A stretch of 59,960 nt of DNA from a virus (lineage: Duplodnaviria > Caudoviricetes), in the IMG/VR virus record IMGVR_UViG_3300021133_000004, positions 1 through 59,960 of that record. One strand, given 5' to 3'. The first letter of the stretch is position 1. Every line of letters begins with the position of its first letter. Both the position numbers and the translations under genes were made by a program. Shown here piece by piece: positions 55,051 through 59,960 of the stretch. The notes below the pieces were generated by a model. It had not been told where the DNA came from and searched no databases. It saw nothing but the letters and a program-made list of their open reading frames with translations.

Positions 55051-55604
55051 TTAATATTATCGTAAAAAAATGTAATGGTTGCGGAGAAGAAAAGCCAATC
55101 GATGCATTTGGCGCAGTAAAACCGGGTCGCGGAGATCGCCATAATCGTGCGTCTAGGTGTAAAATTTGTCGTTCTGCTCGCAATTTAGAATGGCATAAAA
55201 ATAATTTTTCCCGTGCTAAAAATAATAGGAGAAATTTTTACGTCAAAAACAAGATTAAAGAAATTGCTTACGCAAAAGAATGGCGCGAGAACAATTTAGA
55301 TCGTCATAATAAAAATTATAGTAATTGGGCTAAAAATAATCGTCCTAAACTGACGGCAAAGCAAAATGCTCGCAGATCTTTAAAGATTTCGGCAACACCG
55401 GAATGGCTTAATTTTTTACATAAAACTAAAATTGAAGAATTTTACGATGTTGCAGCAGCGGTTTCTGTTCAAACTGGTGTTAAACATCATGTAGACCATA
55501 TAATTCCGTTGCAGGGGGAATTTGTTTGCGGACTAAATGTTCCATGGAACCTTCAAGTAATATCCGCATCAATTAACTGTTCAAAGAAAAACAGGGTAGC
55601 ATAA
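55047..55604 (+). CDS. Free-standing HNH endonuclease
   Basis: CxxC..CxxC, ATP.W and HVDHIIPL.G..VCGL.VPWNLQVI....N..K.N motifs. AT-rich. Confidence 0.85.
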   Translation: MINIIVKKCNGCGEEKPIDAFGAVKPGRGDRHNRASRCKICRSARNLEWHKNNFSRAKNNRRNFYVKNKIKEIAYAKEWRENNLDRHNKNYSNWAKNNRPKLTAKQNARRSLKISATPEWLNFLHKTKIEEFYDVAAAVSVQTGVKHHVDHIIPLQGEFVCGLNVPWNLQVISASINCSKKNRVA

Positions 55605-56338
55605 TGGCTTATGCATCACGCTCTGGTCGCGCTAGAACAAATGCGTCTTCCCCATCTGCACACGCTATATGCGATAGGTGCGGATTTCGATGGAATTTTT
55701 CGGATTTAAAATTTCAGTATGACTGGCGTGGTGCGGCTCTTCAAAATTTGCGTATTCTAGTTTGCCCGACTTGCTACGATACGCCGCAAGAACAGCTTCG
55801 CGCTATTGTGGTGCCCGCTGATCCTACGCCGATCATCAATGCCCGTCCTGAACAGTATGTCAGTGACGAAACCAACTATCGCACTACGTCTGCGCCTACG
55901 GTTTATGACCAGAACACCGGCATCCCGATCCCTGGCAATAACGTCCGCGTTACGCAGGACGGTAGTACCCGCACACCCCAGCCGATCGGCCCGCCCACTG
56001 GCCTGACGCAGGACGCCCAGTCTCCCATGTTTGAAGGCCAGGCTTATAACGTCCTGCTGCCAGTTCTATCCATCAATGCCAACGGAACCGACCAGATTAC
56101 GGTCACCTGTTCGGCTGCTCATGGTCTAATTACGGGGTCGCAGATTTCGGTCGCAGGCGTCCCCAATAAGGAGGCGGCGGGTTTCTACAGCGTGACCGTC
56201 ACCACGGGTACAGCGTTTACCTATCAAACGAATATTGCTATACCGTCTGGGAGCCTACTTGGCTCTACGACCAGGGTGGCGACGGCGCTTGTGGGCGTGC
56301 CGTATAATTACTCACAAATTCCGCAGACTGGGATTTAA
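55604..56338 (+). CDS. Zinc-finger virion-region protein fused to a beta-rich domain
   Basis: CDRCG...CPTC.D..QEQL at the N-terminus and [16 protein letters not shown] at the C-terminus. Confidence 0.65.
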   Translation: MAYASRSGRARTNASSPSAHAICDRCGFRWNFSDLKFQYDWRGAALQNLRILVCPTCYDTPQEQLRAIVVPADPTPIINARPEQYVSDETNYRTTSAPTVYDQNTGIPIPGNNVRVTQDGSTRTPQPIGPPTGLTQDAQSPMFEGQAYNVLLPVLSINANGTDQITVTCSAAHGLITGSQISVAGVPNKEAAGFYSVTVTTGTAFTYQTNIAIPSGSLLGSTTRVATALVGVPYNYSQIPQTGI

Positions 56339-56340
56339 CT

Positions 56341-59001
56341 ATGGCGAATACGACGATCCCGAATCTCCCTTTGGCAACGTCCATTACGGGCGGGGAGCAA
56401 CTTGAGGCTGTTCAAAGCGGTACTTCGGTTCGTCTGACGGCATCGCAAATTTCCGGTCTGACTCCCGGACCTACGGGTCCGGCTGGAAAGCCCGGATCTA
56501 CTGGTGCCACCGGCCCTACAGGCCCCACGGGGCCTACAGGTGCCGTAGGACAGGCTGGTCCACAGGGTGTCACCGGACCTACTGGCCCCACCGGCCCGAC
56601 CGGGCCAACCGGACCAACTGGATCTACAGGGCCGCAGGGCGCACAGGGTATTACTGGTCCAACTGGCCCAACTGGTCCCACCGGTTCAACTGGTTTGCAG
56701 GGAGCGCAGGGTGCGACTGGCTCAACGGGTTCCACAGGGCCTACAGGGCCTACAGGGCCTACAGGGCCTACAGGGCCTACAGGGCCTACAGGGCCGACTG
56801 GCCCTGTATCTACTACTCCCGGCCCGACTGGCCCCACGGGCGCTCAGGGGCCTGCTGGTGGCCCTACTGGCCCAACTGGGCCTACTGGGCCAACTGGCGC
56901 AACCGGCGCTTCGTCTACAATTCCCGGTCCCACTGGCCCAACTGGGCCTACTGGCTCTACGGGTGCAACTGGCCTTACAGGTGCCACCGGCCCCACCGGC
57001 CCGACAGGTCCAACTGGGGCGCAGGGCATCCAAGGTATTACTGGTCCCACCGGCCCTACGGGCCCAACTGGGGCGCAGGGCGTTCAGGGCATCACCGGCC
57101 CCACCGGTCCGACTGGCCCCACAGGTCCGACTGGCCCGACCGGTCCAACTGGTTCAACTGGTTCAACTGGCGCAACTGGTCCCACCGGTCCCACAGGCCC
57201 CACTGGCAGCACAGGCGCGGCTGGCCCCAGCACGATCACGGCTAACAGCACGGCGACGAGCGGGTTCAGTGCGGGTCAGTTGCTTTATAGTGATGGCGCC
57301 AAAGTTCAGGCCGCTGGTAACGCCATTGCGACCTCTCTTGCTCTTGGCGGTGCCACCATCGGCACTAACGCTCTGGCTGTGACTGGAACGAGTACGTTTA
57401 GCAGTACCGTAACCCACTCAGGAGCTACTACCCTTTCCGGTGCTTTAACTTACGGCGGCGTGACGCTCTCCAACAGCGTCACCGGCACCGGCAGCATGGT
57501 GCTGTCTGCCAGCCCCACAACTACCGGCACCCTGACCGGCGCTGCGGCTAATTTTAGCTCCACGATCACGACACCACAAGTTTCGTTCACGGGTGCCGGT
57601 GCTTCTAACGTACAGGCAACGATCAATACAGCCCAGACTACCGGCCACATTCGTCACGAACTCATCAACACCAGCGGACGCCTATTCCTTGGTATCGAAA
57701 GTTCTGCTGGCGGCACATTGGCGACAGGATCGTCGGCGTACGCGACGGTTTTTGGTTCCGTTACCGCAACGTCCACGCAGATAATTACCAGCGACACGGT
57801 TCGCCTGACGATTGATAGCGGTGGCAATGTCGGCATCGGCATGACGCCCGTCCGCACACTCGATGTTACCGGCACCTTCGGCGTGACAGGTGCGTCTACG
57901 CTTGGCGGTGCCCTCACTTACGGCGGCGTGACGCTCTCCAACAGCGTCACAGGCACCGGGAGCATGGTGTTGAGTGCCAGCCCGACATTCACGGGAAATC
58001 CGATTATTTCCGGGGCGAGCGGATACCTTCAATTCCTAAATGGGACAGCCGCAGCCGCAATTGGTTATTCGGGTTCCGCTGGGTCTTTGTTAACGAGCGG
58101 TGCGATTGGCGATCTTGTCATTCGTGCGGAAAATAATCTGCGTTTCAGTATCGGGGCCAATCTTGCTGCCAGTGTCGGCTCTGACGGCAGCTTCCTTGTC
58201 GGCACCACGACGAATGCGGGTGCGGGCTGCGTGTCTATAAACGGCGCGGCAAATAGCAACGTCTTTAAAATAACCGGATCGGCTTCTGCCAATGCGCTTT
58301 TTACCTGCACAAATGCTAATGGCGGTTATATAAACTTTAGTTATGGCGGCACCGGAGCAAATCTTGGTTATATTGGAAATTCGCTTGCCATTGTTGCTGG
58401 CGGCGCAAATTTAGAATTTATAGTTTCGGCGCAAGCCGGTCCAGTTGCTTTTTCAACTGGCGGAACAATTATTTGGAGAATGAACAGTTCTGGTCATTTA
58501 GTTCCTGCTGTTAATAATACATATGACATTGGGACATCTGGCGTCGGTGTACGCAATATCTATTCCAATAACGCTCTTAACATTGTGTCGGACGCGCGGT
58601 TGAAGACTGACGTAACTGATATCGACAGTTTTGCCACGAAATTTGTTATGGCCCTAAAGCCTAAAAGTTATAAATTTATTATTGGCGATAATGCACCTGT
58701 CCGTGACGCCAATGGTCAGCAAGTTGTAGAAGAAATTAACGGTGAAAAAGTACCAAAGTATATTACTCGCCCCGGCACCCGCACTCATCTTGGCTTTCTT
58801 TCGCAAGACATAAAGCTGGCTGCTGATGCCGCCGGAGTAACTAATTACGCGGGCTGGGGGCTTGCCGACAAAGATGACCCAGACAGCATGCAATCAATTC
58901 GTATGGGCATGTTATTGCCGGTTGTCACCAGCGTAGTCCAAAAACACGAAGCGGTTATTGCCGCGCTTGAAGCCCGTTTAACCGCACTGGAGAATAAATA
59001 A
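56341..59001 (+). CDS. Collagen-like tail fibre with C-terminal S74 chaperone
   Basis: Long G-X-Y tract dominated by GPT (~56465-57225), an internal 27-aa duplication, and VSDARLK...HLGFLSQD at the C-terminus. Confidence 0.88.
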   Translation: MANTTIPNLPLATSITGGEQLEAVQSGTSVRLTASQISGLTPGPTGPAGKPGSTGATGPTGPTGPTGAVGQAGPQGVTGPTGPTGPTGPTGPTGSTGPQGAQGITGPTGPTGPTGSTGLQGAQGATGSTGSTGPTGPTGPTGPTGPTGPTGPTGPVSTTPGPTGPTGAQGPAGGPTGPTGPTGPTGATGASSTIPGPTGPTGPTGSTGATGLTGATGPTGPTGPTGAQGIQGITGPTGPTGPTGAQGVQGITGPTGPTGPTGPTGPTGPTGSTGSTGATGPTGPTGPTGSTGAAGPSTITANSTATSGFSAGQLLYSDGAKVQAAGNAIATSLALGGATIGTNALAVTGTSTFSSTVTHSGATTLSGALTYGGVTLSNSVTGTGSMVLSASPTTTGTLTGAAANFSSTITTPQVSFTGAGASNVQATINTAQTTGHIRHELINTSGRLFLGIESSAGGTLATGSSAYATVFGSVTATSTQIITSDTVRLTIDSGGNVGIGMTPVRTLDVTGTFGVTGASTLGGALTYGGVTLSNSVTGTGSMVLSASPTFTGNPIISGASGYLQFLNGTAAAAIGYSGSAGSLLTSGAIGDLVIRAENNLRFSIGANLAASVGSDGSFLVGTTTNAGAGCVSINGAANSNVFKITGSASANALFTCTNANGGYINFSYGGTGANLGYIGNSLAIVAGGANLEFIVSAQAGPVAFSTGGTIIWRMNSSGHLVPAVNNTYDIGTSGVGVRNIYSNNALNIVSDARLKTDVTDIDSFATKFVMALKPKSYKFIIGDNAPVRDANGQQVVEEINGEKVPKYITRPGTRTHLGFLSQDIKLAADAAGVTNYAGWGLADKDDPDSMQSIRMGMLLPVVTSVVQKHEAVIAALEARLTALENK
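56734..56795 (+). repeat. Perfect 9-bp tandem repeat ACAGGGCCT x6 plus a partial copy
   Basis: Identical units inside otherwise codon-diverged GPT repeats. Confidence 0.9.
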
Positions 59002-59324
59002 TGACCACCACATACACATGGCTCGTCGAATATATGTCCTGCTACCCACAGGCTGAAGGCGAGACGGATGTTGTCTTTAACGTGGGCTGGCGTTGTAACG
59101 CCACGGACGGCACCTACTATGCCACCCAGTACGGCACCGTGGGCGTCCCCTACGTCGCGGGTGACCCCTACACCCCGTATGCCGATCTGACACAGGCTCA
59201 GGTACAGGGCTGGGTCTGGGCCAACGGCGTCGATCAGGCTGCTGTTGAGGCGGCTCTTGACACCAACATTGCCAAGCAGGTCAATCCCCCTGTCGTAAAC
59301 CCGCCTCTTCCGTGGAGCAACTAA
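59001..59324 (+). CDS. Small fibre-associated protein
   Basis: YTW.V, DVV..V.W, PYADLT..QV.GWV and PLPW motifs. Coupled to the fibre gene. Confidence 0.7.
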   Translation: MTTTYTWLVEYMSCYPQAEGETDVVFNVGWRCNATDGTYYATQYGTVGVPYVAGDPYTPYADLTQAQVQGWVWANGVDQAAVEAALDTNIAKQVNPPVVNPPLPWSN

Positions 59325-59467
59325 TGACCCTCGACCTTACCCTTGAGCAGATCAACGTCATCATGCAGGCGCTGGGCAATGCCCCGTATATTCAGGTCGC
59401 CCCGGTGATTGCCGAAATCCAGAAGCAGGCCGCGCCGCAGGTTAACCCGGCCCCGGAAGCTGTATGA
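59324..59467 (+). CDS. 47-aa helical protein (not in the ORF track)
   Basis: MTLDLTLEQINVIMQALGNAPYIQVAPVIAEIQKQAAPQV... Overlaps both neighbours. Confidence 0.65.
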   Translation: MTLDLTLEQINVIMQALGNAPYIQVAPVIAEIQKQAAPQVNPAPEAV

Positions 59468-59960
59468 AGAAGACCCTTATTGTCCTAGCCCTTCTCGCCG
59501 CGACCCCGGCTGACGCCTCGCCGTCCCTTGCCATCTGCCACACGCCCTATGCCCTCTGCGCCTCCAGCGCGACGGTGGCGGTACCCGGTAAGACCGTAAA
59601 GGTTAACGGCAACACGTTCCCTATGGGTATCTCAGTATGCCCAGTCCTCAAGGGTGCCAGCATTGCCGACCTGAGCCTGATGAACGGCTCCTGTAAGGCC
59701 CCCAAGGGCAAAGTCTGGTCCTTGTTCAGTAACGCCACAACCTACCCCGTCGCTCCGACGTGGGCACCCACCGCCGTCGTGGTCCGCACCTTTACCAGCA
59801 CGTCTAAGCCGGGCGGCGGGTTCTCCAACATGTGGTCCATGCCCTGCACGGTACGCCCCAAGCCAGTAAACGGCGCGACCTTGGCCGACTGCGTAGGCCC
59901 CATGAACGAAAGCCCGTGGACATCGACCACCGTCCCGGCTGGTGCTACTATTGGTACTGC
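59464..59960 (+). CDS. Secreted Cys-containing protein, 180 aa, continuing across the circular junction to TAG at 143-145
   Basis: Signal peptide MKKTLIVLALLAATPADA, six Cys, open frame through the overlap ending ...NPVGGNFP*. Confidence 0.75.
   Translation, partial: MKKTLIVLALLAATPADASPSLAICHTPYALCASSATVAVPGKTVKVNGNTFPMGISVCPVLKGASIADLSLMNGSCKAPKGKVWSLFSNATTYPVAPTWAPTAVVVRTFTSTSKPGGGFSNMWSMPCTVRPKPVNGATLADCVGPMNESPWTSTTVPAGATIGT

Noticed and set aside
57439-57990. Diversity-generating retroelement template/variable repeat pair
   Set aside because: No reverse transcriptase was found, both copies are in frame within one gene, and the differences are synonymous rather than adenine-specific.

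Overview
The window is a complete, circularly assembled dsDNA tailed-phage genome of about 59,861 bp; bases 59862-59960 repeat bases 1-99, which is an assembly overlap. The gene layout is podovirus-like, with no tape-measure, tail-tube or sheath genes recognised. The host is probably an alphaproteobacterium (inferred from a GcrA-like remnant and CTTGAC-N-CTAT promoters). The + strand arm (39895 round the junction to 18042) encodes small and large terminase, portal, a GroES-like co-chaperonin, scaffold, major capsid, adaptors, a collagen-like GPT-repeat fibre, a fused GT32 + GT2-TPR glycosyltransferase, tail nozzle, ejection proteins, fibres and a lysis cassette. The - strand arm (39384 down to 18054) encodes small early genes, a C5-methyltransferase-like protein, RuvC, and a Sak4 / DUF669 / Cas4-like / SF2-helicase / primase module. 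No integrase or DNA polymerase was recognised. Two inserts interrupt the early arm. One is an intact 2854-bp IS1595-family element with passenger genes (23-bp TIRs, 8-bp TSD). The other is a ~3.5-kb block containing a catalytically dead serine-resolvase homolog. It faces away from an array of small ORFs joined by a conserved AAC..(A)TAAGGGCC motif, and the array ends in a nested tRNA-in-tRNA-like RNA. This block is the best candidate for an undescribed system. The collagen fibre plus double glycosyltransferase and a shared basic-xx-GG motif in virion proteins are next. All family calls come from visual motif recognition; no database search was run.
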